A stretch of DNA of 64,000 bases, from IMG/VR virus record IMGVR_UViG_3300049846_001482; one strand, written 5' to 3'. Below the pieces are notes generated by a model. The model searched no databases. It saw only the letters and a program-made list of their open reading frames with translations, and had not been told where the DNA came from. Position 1 is the first letter of the stretch. Each line of letters opens with the position of its first letter. Origin of the DNA: an uncultured virus (IMG/VR IMGVR_UViG_3300049846_001482). Lineage: Duplodnaviria > Heunggongvirae > Uroviricota > Caudoviricetes. This document shows, piece by piece, positions 18,558 to 28,275 of this stretch. The position numbers and the translations under genes are program-made.

Positions 18558-18754
18558 ATAGAAACAACTTCCTACTCGGCGTCAAACCATCCAGATGTCG
18601 GGCTGGGCAGGTATGGTACAACCCATCTGTCTTTGCCGACCCCCGAAGGATTACGCTTGCACAGAAAGACGACGACCTGATGTGGAAGCTGAGTGATGGA
18701 ACCTACATAGCCGAAGATCTGATACTGCAGTATTTTGTCTTGGAGCAACCATGA
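18554..18754 (+). CDS. tag-B protein
   Basis: MNRNNFLLGV. Confidence 0.65.
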   Translation: MNRNNFLLGVKPSRCRAGQVWYNPSVFADPRRITLAQKDDDLMWKLSDGTYIAEDLILQYFVLEQP

Positions 18755-19026
18755 GAAAGAACATATTGATAGCTCTCTTGTGTGTGGCTACTTTAGCCTT
18801 TGGGGCAACCAAGTACATACCAGACCCTAACGAGACCAGGGTTGAGAATGTCCACTATGATCCTGAGTTGAAGATGGTCGTCATCCACATTCATGCTCAT
18901 GTCCTCTGGTTTAATATTGAAGAGGTCTATGGGTTGAAGGTCAAGGATGACAAAGACATCAAGAATGTCTGGGAGCGCATCATTGGAGATCAGCCAGAGG
19001 TTGTTCATCTAAAGATGGTGAAGTAA
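18751..19026 (+). CDS. secreted hypothetical protein
   Basis: Sec-like signal MRKNILIALLCVATLAFG. Confidence 0.6.
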   Translation: MRKNILIALLCVATLAFGATKYIPDPNETRVENVHYDPELKMVVIHIHAHVLWFNIEEVYGLKVKDDKDIKNVWERIIGDQPEVVHLKMVK

Positions 19027-19322
19027 TGAGCAGCCGACTAAAGCATCTACTTGGTGTTAAGGCTAGGAAGATGCCCAAGTGGGAGTCTTGGCAGGGACAG
19101 ATGTCCATTTACTCAAGGGGCATCAAGGTCTCTGTCTTTAAAGAGGAGAGTTCCTACTACCCCAATGGACCCTGGGTTGTTTCTGGAGCCGTACTCGACA
19201 TAAAGCGTGAGGGAGGCAGTCGAGGCTTCAATCACTGCAAGACTTACCTTGGTAGGTTTGCGTCACTTGAAGAAGCCAAACGAGAAGTAGAAGAGTGGCT
19301 TGAAGAGTTGGAGACGATGTAG
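19026..19322 (+). CDS. hypothetical protein (tag-B variant)
   Basis: MSSRLKHLLGV; SLEEAK..VEEWL C-terminus. Confidence 0.6.
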   Translation: MSSRLKHLLGVKARKMPKWESWQGQMSIYSRGIKVSVFKEESSYYPNGPWVVSGAVLDIKREGGSRGFNHCKTYLGRFASLEEAKREVEEWLEELETM

Positions 19323-20002
19323 TGGACTTCGTAGTTGTCAACTCACTATTTCAAGAGACAGACATCGCCCTCTTTGGGTTGGATGACCCTGTTCGTCTGC
19401 CTGAGACTGCCACCATGTTTGATGTCTTGGTTGCTGCCAAGATATTCAAGTCCAAGAGTGATGCCCGTAAGAACTGGAAGGGTTCAGTAGATATTCCTTT
19501 TGGCTTAAATCGATTTGAAGTCGGCAAGATGAAAGTGGAGATCTACACCCTCAAGATAGGTGAGGGTCAGGTTGAAGTAGTTGATCATGGCAAGGTGGGT
19601 GGACCAACTGAAACACCAAAGCCCCCTAAACCCAAAGAGATAGTCTATCGTCAACCCAAGAACGACAAAGAATACTTCATTGGGGTTGCTGGAAGCATTT
19701 TCTCTACAACGTGGCCAAATAGAGCCAACTTTGAGAGGGTCTTCAAGTCAGAGATGGAGAAATACCATCTCAAGAAAGACAGACTTGAGGTGGTTAAGTA
19801 TGTCGGATGGGAGTTTAGAGGGTGGGACTGGATAAAATGGGGAATAAAGAACGTCTCTAGAAATGGATTGAAAAGTTGGAGGTGTCTACTGCCTTTTGAG
19901 TGGACCAACAAATACGAGATATACATTCACTATACCGATCTTGGACAAGGCAACATTCACCTATGGGTTGATCATTCAGAACTACAGAGGTTGATGCAAT
20001 GA
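19322..20002 (+). CDS. hypothetical protein with possible S4-like N-terminal domain
   Basis: DVLVAAKIFKSKSDARK resembles S4 RNA-binding helices. Confidence 0.5.
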   Translation: MDFVVVNSLFQETDIALFGLDDPVRLPETATMFDVLVAAKIFKSKSDARKNWKGSVDIPFGLNRFEVGKMKVEIYTLKIGEGQVEVVDHGKVGGPTETPKPPKPKEIVYRQPKNDKEYFIGVAGSIFSTTWPNRANFERVFKSEMEKYHLKKDRLEVVKYVGWEFRGWDWIKWGIKNVSRNGLKSWRCLLPFEWTNKYEIYIHYTDLGQGNIHLWVDHSELQRLMQ

Positions 20003-20436
20003 AGATGTATAGATTGGTCTATGAGTACATGTATGGGGCTCAGTTTGCCGCTACGATAGGATTCTTTGACGACAGAGACAAAGCCATCGAGGCATGGAAC
20101 AAGTGCTTTAACCGAGAGGGTTTGGATAAGAAGGCGGATCCAAACGACCCATACTCCGCCCTATACCCGGCGTTCCACTCAGGCTCGGTAGATGACTCCA
20201 AGCTTGAGTATACCTTTAGCTGCTGCGGCTGGAGGGAGTGGTATAGGGTTGAGGAGTTCGAGCATGACAACACCCTGAAGGGCTATGGTGGTGGACCTTC
20301 ACGCCTCAACACTGTGGACTACAAGATCAAGGATGCTCTCAAGGCTCTGGTTGATGCCGAAGGTAGTCTGAGAAGGTTTTCCTTGAACTACTCTGAGAAG
20401 TCACCAGACTACACCAAGGTATTCAAGAGTGAATAG
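19999..20436 (+). CDS. hypothetical protein
   Basis: Coupled ORF. Confidence 0.6.
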   Translation: MKMYRLVYEYMYGAQFAATIGFFDDRDKAIEAWNKCFNREGLDKKADPNDPYSALYPAFHSGSVDDSKLEYTFSCCGWREWYRVEEFEHDNTLKGYGGGPSRLNTVDYKIKDALKALVDAEGSLRRFSLNYSEKSPDYTKVFKSE

Positions 20437-20662
20437 GCAAGACTACCTCAAGGGCAAGAAGATAGAGAGGGTCTATCCAGTAGACCCTAAAAGGTACAGT
20501 GTGGGTGATACGGTTGTTTCTGTTGATGGAAAGATAGTGGGCATCGTAACAGAAGTAAGTCATGACATTGTATTCCTAGACATAGACAGCATCAGGGGAG
20601 ACATTATTCCCCAAGGCGCTATGCCAGCCTATCGCAGAAGTGACTTCATAAGACATGAATAA
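20429..20662 (+). CDS. tag-B protein
   Basis: MNRQDYLKGK. Confidence 0.7.
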   Translation: MNRQDYLKGKKIERVYPVDPKRYSVGDTVVSVDGKIVGIVTEVSHDIVFLDIDSIRGDIIPQGAMPAYRRSDFIRHE

Positions 20663-21050
20663 ACACAAGTTCATCAGCGGAGCCAAACGAGATCCTCTTA
20701 TCTGGCCCAGAAGCAGAGGGGAGAGGTGGATTCAAAAGGCCGATGAGTCTCACAAGGTTGTCATTGATGCAATTGATGATGTCCGTTCTGTCTATCAAGT
20801 AAGAAGCAACAAGTTCGGGAATAGCATCATCAATCAGGGCGATTTCATTCTTCACTACAAGCCAGCACCTTTGGTCCAGGTTGGTGACAAGTTCCGCAAG
20901 AAGATCAAATACATACTGGAGAAAGAGACTCCACAGAACGTAGAGGTCATAGGGAATGATGGTATGACTTGGACGCTCAAGGAAGAGGGCGACAAATTCA
21001 CCTACCATCTGGCCGAAGAGCTTTTGCTTCAATACTATGAGAAGATATAA
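20655..21050 (+). CDS. tag-B protein
   Basis: MNKHKFISGA. Confidence 0.7.
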   Translation: MNKHKFISGAKRDPLIWPRSRGERWIQKADESHKVVIDAIDDVRSVYQVRSNKFGNSIINQGDFILHYKPAPLVQVGDKFRKKIKYILEKETPQNVEVIGNDGMTWTLKEEGDKFTYHLAEELLLQYYEKI

Positions 21051-21282
21051 GTTCATCAGTAATGTGGCGATACCTAGAGCGGAGTATTATCCGCTCAAGG
21101 TGGGTGAGCATGTCAAGTACTCACACCTCTACCTTGATGAAGTCAATAGACAACCACAGCATCTAGGTGAGGTGGGATATGTTAAATCTGTTAATCCTGA
21201 AATGGTTTTTGTGGTCTGGCCCCAAGGTCCACGCAATACCTCTAATCTGCAACACAAGTACTTGGACAGGATCATCCCATGA
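21037..21282 (+). CDS. tag-B protein
   Basis: MRRYKFISNV. Confidence 0.7.
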   Translation: MRRYKFISNVAIPRAEYYPLKVGEHVKYSHLYLDEVNRQPQHLGEVGYVKSVNPEMVFVVWPQGPRNTSNLQHKYLDRIIP

Positions 21283-21599
21283 AGAGATTGGTCTTCCTCA
21301 CCAGCAACCCTCCAGCCATCTATAAAAGGGGTGATAGGGTCTGTCTTACAAGAGAAGACTGGCATGACATTCACCTCAGGCAATTTGAAGACACTCCGAA
21401 GGTTAGGGATGTTGGCATCATCAGATGGTGCAATAAAGATGGCTGCATGATAGATTGGGGAGATGGGAGTAACCTCAACAGTGAACACTTTTGGCCACAC
21501 AAAGAAATAGAGTTGGCTGGTCCAGATGATCGCATAAAGAGCAGCAAGCCAAAAAAGGAAGAGATTGCGGCTGCGGAGTTTCCCTATGAAGAGGGATAA
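21279..21599 (+). CDS. tag-B protein
   Basis: MKRLVFLTSN. Confidence 0.7.
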   Translation: MKRLVFLTSNPPAIYKRGDRVCLTREDWHDIHLRQFEDTPKVRDVGIIRWCNKDGCMIDWGDGSNLNSEHFWPHKEIELAGPDDRIKSSKPKKEEIAAAEFPYEEG

Positions 21600-21804
21600 G
21601 TTTGTCCGTGGTGAGAGGGTGTCCATTCCAAAGTACCGACCTGGGACAAAGGTCTTGACGCAAGATGTCCTCTACAACGACCACTATGCCACCATTGTAG
21701 GTTTTGCCGATGGACTCTACGAGATCAAGATGTCTGGAGATCAAAGGTACTACATCACCGAAGAAGAATTAGACGAGTTCAACGATGAGGGTTTGTATGA
21801 ATAG
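21586..21804 (+). CDS. tag-B protein
   Basis: MKRDKFVRGE. Confidence 0.7.
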   Translation: MKRDKFVRGERVSIPKYRPGTKVLTQDVLYNDHYATIVGFADGLYEIKMSGDQRYYITEEELDEFNDEGLYE

Positions 21805-22189
21805 ACAGAAGTTTCTTAGTGGCTACGTCAGAGAAAAACTCAAGCCCTGCTATAACTGTCTTAGCTATCATTACCACACCTCTTGTCGCATTACTTATGT
21901 TGGCGCATTGCCACGCAAGGGCGAGAGTTGGAAGTCTGATAAAGGTAAAATTGTAGAGATAGTTGGATGGAAAACTGCTCAAGAAGAATTCATAACGGAC
22001 GAAGAGCCAGATTCAATGAGGCGGCTGTGGGACTGGTCGAATGATCAAATGACACCCAAGATAATCTACAAAGACATACATGCTCATCACTGTGAAGATC
22101 TCATAGACTTCATGAATGCATACTCGCCAGTCTTAGACATGGAATACCTCATACAAAGGGCGCAGAGATTTCAGGCGCAAACAAAATGA
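21797..22189 (+). CDS. tag-B protein
   Basis: MNRQKFLSGY. Confidence 0.7.
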   Translation: MNRQKFLSGYVREKLKPCYNCLSYHYHTSCRITYVGALPRKGESWKSDKGKIVEIVGWKTAQEEFITDEEPDSMRRLWDWSNDQMTPKIIYKDIHAHHCEDLIDFMNAYSPVLDMEYLIQRAQRFQAQTK

Positions 22190-22740
22190 CCGCCAAGCAG
22201 CTCAGAAAGCAATTCAACTACTTCAACAAGATTTACTTTTCCAACAAATTGCCGTTGGTTAAGATCGTTACCTACAAGAAGGTCTGGGTCAACGATACTG
22301 TCGGAAAAATATCTCCGGTGAGGAAGCGGAATTGGGATAAGGTTCTTGGAGTCTATCAGCACCGAGGCGGTAAGCCATTTCGCATTGTCGTGGCACAGGA
22401 CCAGCCACCTGTACAGCAACTATGCACCCTTGTTCATGAAATGCAGCACATGAGCGACTATCAATACAAGGGCTCAACCAATCATGGCAAAGAGTTCATG
22501 AAGAGAGTCAGGTTCATGGAGAAGAGCATCTACACCGAATACTTTATGGACCACATCAAAGAGTTGAATCTGATGTCGGAAGCAATGCTGCTGGTGCCGC
22601 CCACCAACAAACTTATGGCTCAACTACTAAAGAAGGCAAAGCGTCAATACAACGCTTACGCCAAGAATGTCATTGACATGATAAAGACGAAGGGACAAAA
22701 AGAATTACTAAAGAAGATCAATTACCTGAGGCTTAAATGA
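22186..22740 (+). CDS. SprT-like zinc metalloprotease
   Basis: FNYFNKIYFSNKLP, TLVHEMQH (HExxH), HGKEF. Confidence 0.75.
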   Translation: MTAKQLRKQFNYFNKIYFSNKLPLVKIVTYKKVWVNDTVGKISPVRKRNWDKVLGVYQHRGGKPFRIVVAQDQPPVQQLCTLVHEMQHMSDYQYKGSTNHGKEFMKRVRFMEKSIYTEYFMDHIKELNLMSEAMLLVPPTNKLMAQLLKKAKRQYNAYAKNVIDMIKTKGQKELLKKINYLRLK

Positions 22741-23015
22741 AGAGAGAGAAGTTTGCCCGTGGCGACAAAGCCAATCTGCCAGAGTTCAGACCTGGGCAGA
22801 TATGGGAGGCTAAGAAGAGGACGCCCTATGATTCAACCAGACAAGTTGTGCTTGCCAAGCCATACAAGAACGGATGGTGGTATGTCGAGAACAGCCGTTC
22901 AGGGATGGCTCACGAAAACTTCCTAAGACGCTTCTACTTTCTTACGGACAGAAGATTTCTAAGAAACAACCTTTTTGTTGGCGACATCTATGAAGAGACA
23001 TCGCTTTCTAACTGA
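22737..23015 (+). CDS. tag-B protein
   Basis: MKREKFARGD. Confidence 0.7.
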   Translation: MKREKFARGDKANLPEFRPGQIWEAKKRTPYDSTRQVVLAKPYKNGWWYVENSRSGMAHENFLRRFYFLTDRRFLRNNLFVGDIYEETSLSN

Positions 23016-23250
23016 GAAAGTAGACCGATCAAGCGGTCTGTTTAAGGGAGCCTATTGGGTCAAGGAAACCAACATCATTGGCGTCTTGTCTCCTGCCTCT
23101 TTGTTCCTAGAGACCTTTAAGGATGGCGTATGGAAATGGAACAGCAGAGGGGACAAGGGAAGTGGTATTATCTCCCAGAAGGATTTGCTTAGTTGTTACC
23201 GCTACGAAACGGAAAGACATTGGTTTGAATTCAGAGATAATCTCACTTGA
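22990..23250 (+). CDS. tag-B protein
   Basis: MKRHRFLTEK. Confidence 0.65.
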   Translation: MKRHRFLTEKVDRSSGLFKGAYWVKETNIIGVLSPASLFLETFKDGVWKWNSRGDKGSGIISQKDLLSCYRYETERHWFEFRDNLT

Positions 23251-23276
23251 CAGCCTCCTGTAAAATCCCTTAAAAT
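23247..23276 (+). promoter_or_regulatory. sigma70-like promoter
   Basis: TTGACA-18-TAAAAT. Confidence 0.65.
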
Positions 23277-23304
23277 CTAAAGACAACTCAAGAAAGGGAA
23301 ACCC

Positions 23305-23586
23305 ATGAGAGAAGCCATTGAGAAAATCTTTGGTCCCGTTGGACGTATGATCAGCATGAGCAAGACTGCTCCTAAGGGGCATCTTTGCGGCTGGAATGCC
23401 AACATCATCGTTGACGGCAAGAAGGTCTGGTTTGGTGACATTGACATCACCAAGGACCAGAAGAAGTTGGACAAACTGGCCAAGGAAATTGGCAAAGACA
23501 TCTATGTGGTCAGGGAACACGATGCTCGTTTCAGGAATGAGGAGAACCCCATCCTCACAGACCCGCTCTATGTGGCGAGGGCATAA
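23305..23586 (+). CDS. hypothetical phage protein
   Basis: KVWFGDIDIT; RBS present. Confidence 0.65.
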   Translation: MREAIEKIFGPVGRMISMSKTAPKGHLCGWNANIIVDGKKVWFGDIDITKDQKKLDKLAKEIGKDIYVVREHDARFRNEENPILTDPLYVARA

Positions 23587-23638
23587 TGGCAATGATGTAT
23601 GTAAGCCTTCATGTCTACGGCTCTCTGGACTGTCTGCG

Positions 23639-24040
23639 GTGAAGCGTAGCCTCTTCTTGACCGGCGAAACCACACGCACGGTCCCAGAAGTGGAAGACGT
23701 TAAGGTTCCCAAAGACCTGGCGGAACTGGCATATGTACTTGCCAAATTTAAGGGCATCCACATCAAGAGCTCCTTCATTGACTATCGAGGAGCCTACATC
23801 TTCATCAAGGTAGATGAGGTAGAAGATCTGCGCCCCATCTTAAAGGTATTGCCACGGTCATTGGCTGGCTTTCAGCGGTGGACGTGTACCGCAGAACACA
23901 TAGAGATAGAGCCTACGGTTGTGTTTAAGATCAGCTATAAGTTCAGGCTCTTGAGTGAGAACAGGGAGCAACGTGGGGAAAGGTTCTACGAAGATGTGAG
24001 GGCTCTTGCATCTAGTCTGGCAGAAAGTTGGAAACCATGA
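23639..24040 (+). CDS. tag-B protein
   Basis: GTG start, MKRSLFLTGE. Confidence 0.65.
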   Translation: MKRSLFLTGETTRTVPEVEDVKVPKDLAELAYVLAKFKGIHIKSSFIDYRGAYIFIKVDEVEDLRPILKVLPRSLAGFQRWTCTAEHIEIEPTVVFKISYKFRLLSENREQRGERFYEDVRALASSLAESWKP

Positions 24041-24384
24041 ACAGGATCAAATACATAACCAGAACTGGTTTGGTCAAGAAGAGGTTGTCGTCGCTGACTG
24101 GAAAGACAGTCTACAACGATGACATGACCTATGCGCTGCACCTTGGGAAGTCAACGCTCAATCAGCGTGGCGTGAGAATGTACTCGGTGAAGTCTGTTCG
24201 TTGTGTCACCACACCTATCTATGGGCATCAGGGCAAGAAGATCGTCAAGAGGCTTTTCCCTAAGGGACACGAGTTTGTCCATCCGATCATAGAAAACGGG
24301 GAGATACCAGAGCATTTTATCTCCCAGATATTCCCTCATGTCTATGATGGGAGCCTCAAGCAGTTTGAAGAAAGCATCAAATGA
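24037..24384 (+). CDS. tag-B protein
   Basis: MNRIKYITRT. Confidence 0.7.
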   Translation: MNRIKYITRTGLVKKRLSSLTGKTVYNDDMTYALHLGKSTLNQRGVRMYSVKSVRCVTTPIYGHQGKKIVKRLFPKGHEFVHPIIENGEIPEHFISQIFPHVYDGSLKQFEESIK

Positions 24385-24728
24385 ACAGAACTGCCTTTGC
24401 ATCGGGGAAGATAGCGCCACGACCTCCTTGGAGGCCGTTGCTTCCTAATGACTCCCACCTTGACATGGGAAGAGTTCAGGAGTTTATCAGAGAGGGACGA
24501 TCTCTGGTAAGGCATGGCTATACCGATGTAAGAATCCCCTTTAACCGAAACGTGTTGGAGGGAGTGCCTGCGTTGGTTCTGCGGTTTACTCACCCTGAAA
24601 CCAACGAGGGCATCCTTCTGAGCATGCAGCATGCTAGATGGGTGAGGGGACCAGAGGAATACAGCAGATATCTTTTTATCGACAACGGCATAGAGGCTTT
24701 CATAAAAACATACTTCTTGGATGCGTAG
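24381..24728 (+). CDS. tag-B protein
   Basis: MNRTAFASGK. Confidence 0.7.
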   Translation: MNRTAFASGKIAPRPPWRPLLPNDSHLDMGRVQEFIREGRSLVRHGYTDVRIPFNRNVLEGVPALVLRFTHPETNEGILLSMQHARWVRGPEEYSRYLFIDNGIEAFIKTYFLDA

Positions 24729-24730
24729 CC

Positions 24731-24970
24731 ATGAATAGAACTCAATTCATCACCGACAATCCTCCGACTCCCAAGCCTGGATGTCCTCGTTGCGGACAAG
24801 AACAGCACTGCCCTTGCAGCTCGTGTGCTGAGAGGAACAAGGGAAAGGTGACTTGGAAGTGGCAGGCAGATGGAGAGAGCATTGCCTGTGGTAGCTGTGG
24901 CTTGACCATGCATGCCGACCAATGGGAAGACATTGAAGCCACCTACTACTTCTACAAGTTCAAACAATGA
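24731..24970 (+). CDS. tag-B Cys-rich zinc-binding protein
   Basis: MNRTQFITDN; CPRC, HCPCSSC, CGSC. Confidence 0.7.
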   Translation: MNRTQFITDNPPTPKPGCPRCGQEQHCPCSSCAERNKGKVTWKWQADGESIACGSCGLTMHADQWEDIEATYYFYKFKQ

Positions 24971-25353
24971 ACAGGAACAAGTACGCAGCGGGACATCAGC
25001 ATCCCTACAGACAGAGGAGCATCTTGCCGGGACAGATATGGCAGATGAAGGCTGATGTCTTTGCAAAAAATCAACACACAAGAACCTACGTTGACTTTCA
25101 CATCCTCATATCTAAGGTAGATGCCAATGGGAATGTGACATCACACCTTGTTCACTATGTTGACCACGATAGTTTGAACAGGGAGACAATGTGGGCTGCT
25201 CAGAACTCTAAGCGTGAAGCATTGGAGAAGGGACACAAGTACCTTTATCCAGGCACTCCCACCATAACGATCCGACTCTTCCATCGTGAATACATCTTGG
25301 AGAACTACGATCTCCATGACCAAGCCGACTACCTGCTTGAGCATGTTCAATGA
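24967..25353 (+). CDS. tag-B protein
   Basis: MNRNKYAAGH. Confidence 0.7.
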   Translation: MNRNKYAAGHQHPYRQRSILPGQIWQMKADVFAKNQHTRTYVDFHILISKVDANGNVTSHLVHYVDHDSLNRETMWAAQNSKREALEKGHKYLYPGTPTITIRLFHREYILENYDLHDQADYLLEHVQ

Positions 25354-25622
25354 ACAGACAGAAGTTTGCTCAGGGATTCAAGAGACCACCCATTCCGTTT
25401 AGGGTTGGGGACAAGGTAGGTTTAGATATGGACAATCTCCAAAAAGAAATACGCAACCTCAAAGATCACCCAGTTATGGGAGAATACCTGAGAAGTGATA
25501 TTTATGGGACCATCCAATCGGTGGGTAATGACCCAAAGACTTGGAAGGTAAAATGGACCGGAGTGATGGCTCTTTTCAGTGATATGTCGTGGCCAGAGAA
25601 CTTCCTCCACCACGTTGAATAG
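25350..25622 (+). CDS. tag-B protein (SH3-like)
   Basis: MNRQKFAQGF. Confidence 0.7.
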   Translation: MNRQKFAQGFKRPPIPFRVGDKVGLDMDNLQKEIRNLKDHPVMGEYLRSDIYGTIQSVGNDPKTWKVKWTGVMALFSDMSWPENFLHHVE

Positions 25623-25692
25623 GGCTCCCAAATGCCCTTCTTTGAGCCCAGGATGGCTTTAAACAACCTCAAAACCGCCCTTCGGGGTCTGA

Positions 25693-25998
25693 ATGGACAG
25701 GCTTAGTTTTGCCTCTGGAATACCAAGAGAACCAATTCTTTGGTATGTTATGGTCAGTTGGCAGACTTGGAGCGATGTTTGCGACCTCATCCCAAAGCAT
25801 AACTTTGTACATGGTGTATTTTTGGACGTGAATGGCTCACCAATGCAAGATGCAAATGATGTGTCAGATAGAATGGGCGTTATAGTAAGGGGTGCCAGCG
25901 GCAAGGAGATGTTGTTCAGAGAAGGCGACAAGTTGTACTTAAAGGCAGGAAAGCTTTACTACTACAACGATGACACACGGAATTTTGAGGAACCATGA
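25693..25998 (+). CDS. tag-B protein
   Basis: MDRLSFASGI. Confidence 0.7.
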   Translation: MDRLSFASGIPREPILWYVMVSWQTWSDVCDLIPKHNFVHGVFLDVNGSPMQDANDVSDRMGVIVRGASGKEMLFREGDKLYLKAGKLYYYNDDTRNFEEP

Positions 25999-26435
25999 AA
26001 AGGCATAGTTTTGTCTCTACCAAACCACCGGCCGTCAAAGACCCCAGGATATATGTTGGGGACTACGTGAAGGTCTCTGAGGATTTTCTTATCAAGCACA
26101 ATTTTGATAAGGACACTTATGGACTTGGCATTGTTGAAGAGGCGGTGCACAACCACATGTGGAAAGATGACTATCGCTGCTTTAAGGTTCGTTGGATGTC
26201 AATGGATGCCGAGAGAGCCAAGATATTCGGGACCGAGATATGGCCAGAGGCACACTTAGTCAAGAGATCAGAGGGGGAGGGTGCCGTCAACCTCTCCATA
26301 CTTAAGGATGAATTACAGGCTATAGCTAAACTTCTCAAGGTCATCCACAAAGCTAACGAGATAGATGGTTTGACGACAGAGCAGGTCTATGCTCTTAGGA
26401 GAACCTATCTCAAGGTCTTCAATAGGTATGCGTGA
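25995..26435 (+). CDS. tag-B protein (SH3-like)
   Basis: MKRHSFVSTK. Confidence 0.7.
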   Translation: MKRHSFVSTKPPAVKDPRIYVGDYVKVSEDFLIKHNFDKDTYGLGIVEEAVHNHMWKDDYRCFKVRWMSMDAERAKIFGTEIWPEAHLVKRSEGEGAVNLSILKDELQAIAKLLKVIHKANEIDGLTTEQVYALRRTYLKVFNRYA

Positions 26436-26674
26436 TGAATAGATACAAGACTCTCTCTACTGAGATGATGACCCCTCAGATTGCCGAAGCCATAAGGCTA
26501 AAGCAGCGCATCAATTACCACTGCGCTCTTTGCGGAAGGTTTGCTGGCTATGAGCCGCTTTGCGTAGAAGAGTGGTATAGTAGCGGTGGATGGAATGAGC
26601 CAGTAGAGTACGACTGCGAATATCTTCCAGCTTGCAAATCATGTTACGAAAAAAACAAAGGAGAGAAGAAATGA
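26435..26674 (+). CDS. tag-B variant zinc-finger protein
   Basis: MNRYKTLSTE; CALC and CKSC. Confidence 0.6.
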   Translation: MNRYKTLSTEMMTPQIAEAIRLKQRINYHCALCGRFAGYEPLCVEEWYSSGGWNEPVEYDCEYLPACKSCYEKNKGEKK

Positions 26675-26808
26675 GATACCTAGTGCTGCTAATGTTCTTG
26701 GTCGCTGGCTGCGCCGAGATTCAACTCGTCAACCCCAAAGAAGATTGCAGGGGCAGATATGGCGAGAAGTCTGGCACTCCCTCATATCCCTGTGAGTGCT
26801 GCAGATGA
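26671..26808 (+). CDS. small lipoprotein
   Basis: MRYLVLLMFLVAGC lipobox; AGGAG RBS; ATGA overlaps. Confidence 0.55.
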   Translation: MRYLVLLMFLVAGCAEIQLVNPKEDCRGRYGEKSGTPSYPCECCR

Positions 26809-27101
26809 ATCGTACCGCCTTCCTCTTGGGAACAAAAAAGCCCATCCTCCCTCACCCCGGTCAACGGTGGTTTTGGAAGATGAGCGAAGAGGAATTCAAT
26901 TACCCCAAAGACCCAGAGAGAGCCCTTAACATCAAGAAGGCTCACGAAGTCTGGAGAACTAAGGGTGTTCACATAGTCAGCGAAGATGAGCAGAGTGTCT
27001 TTGTTTCATCTTCTTGGCCGAGCCCAAGATCACGTCCGCACCCAGTCCCAAAGAACGTCTTTGTCAGACTTTATCGGTTCGGTCATTACGAATCAGCGTG
27101 A
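26805..27101 (+). CDS. tag-B protein
   Basis: MNRTAFLLGT. Confidence 0.7.
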   Translation: MNRTAFLLGTKKPILPHPGQRWFWKMSEEEFNYPKDPERALNIKKAHEVWRTKGVHIVSEDEQSVFVSSSWPSPRSRPHPVPKNVFVRLYRFGHYESA

Positions 27102-27467
27102 GATATCTAATCCAAAGATCAGATCTGCCTCCATGAGTCTGCCGCCATCCATAGTTTTTCTCTCGACAAATTTCATGATAACTTTAAATGAATTAAACAA
27201 TGTAATCTTCAGGTTCAAAAAGGTTTGATAGGCATCGTTTCCTTCCACATGCTTGAAGGCATCCCATCCTCCTTCGTAGAAATCAGTTTGCCACCCCTCT
27301 TTCGACAGAGCCTCAAGCATAACATCCCTGTATCTCTTGCTGGTATTCTTTTCTGACAACACTAGGTTGACGCCATTGGGTGTATCGTCTATATGGAAAT
27401 AGGCACGACCGGACTCCTTTTGGTCCTTTAGGGTTTGCATGAGGTCTGCCTGTCGATAGCTGATCAT
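27093..27467 (-). CDS. tag-A protein
   Basis: MISYRQADLMQTL. Confidence 0.8.
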   Translation of the reverse strand: MISYRQADLMQTLKDQKESGRAYFHIDDTPNGVNLVLSEKNTSKRYRDVMLEALSKEGWQTDFYEGGWDAFKHVEGNDAYQTFLNLKITLFNSFKVIMKFVERKTMDGGRLMEADLIFGLDISR

Positions 27468-27823
27468 TGGACCTCCACACAGAAGTCCAAGTCCGAATCA
27501 AAGTCGGTGTTGTATTCTTTGAAGACTCTGCGAATGCGAGGTTTCCCCTTGAGCAATTCCATGATAGCGCTTGTCTGAGCCACTAGAGCAGGACCATCTG
27601 GACTCCACTCTTTGTAGAGTTCCTTCTCATTCCTGTCGTATGGCCAGACCTCATAGATGAGGTCTTCAAGATACTTCATGCGGTTAAGCGTGTCTTCGTC
27701 TAGATTGTTTGTAGCATCGACAACGCCGTTAAAGTGTAGGTTGCCACCATAATACTTGAACGTCACCCAGATGATACTGGGCTTCATCCTATCCAAAAGA
27801 TCGGCTTGTCTGAAAGAGATCAT
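27464..27823 (-). CDS. tag-A protein
   Basis: MISFRQADLLDRM. Confidence 0.8.
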   Translation of the reverse strand: MISFRQADLLDRMKPSIIWVTFKYYGGNLHFNGVVDATNNLDEDTLNRMKYLEDLIYEVWPYDRNEKELYKEWSPDGPALVAQTSAIMELLKGKPRIRRVFKEYNTDFDSDLDFCVEVQ

Positions 27824-28275
27824 TTCTTCAACTCAACATCCACCATCTTGAAGTCAAATGTTATTGTGGCTAAGATGTTGTGTTCCTTTTCATAGTATTT
27901 ATAGTCGCATTTAGTCTTGAACATATCTTGTATCTGATTAAGAGTTGCAACCAAGATAGACTTGAGGGAGTTCTCATCAATGGTTGTGTGAGATCTAAGG
28001 TTAAAGGAGTAAGGAAACTTGACATACTCAACACCATGACTTGGAAACATAGCTGCCCAATTGACTTCGAGGAAGCTGGCAATAGATCTACAAGCCTTCT
28101 CGTTGTTGGGCTTCATCATTATGGCTATACGGGCTTCTTGCTCCAAGACCTTGTTGCCAGCGCCTTGGTTGCGGTAGTAGTGTTGGTTGTTCCTGACACC
28201 AATGGTCACATAGATATAGACTTCGGTGGGTCCAATGAATGTGTTAATGAGGTCCGCTTGTCTATAGGAGATCAT
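27820..28275 (-). CDS. tag-A protein
   Basis: MISYRQADLINTF. Confidence 0.8.
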   Translation of the reverse strand: MISYRQADLINTFIGPTEVYIYVTIGVRNNQHYYRNQGAGNKVLEQEARIAIMMKPNNEKACRSIASFLEVNWAAMFPSHGVEYVKFPYSFNLRSHTTIDENSLKSILVATLNQIQDMFKTKCDYKYYEKEHNILATITFDFKMVDVELKK

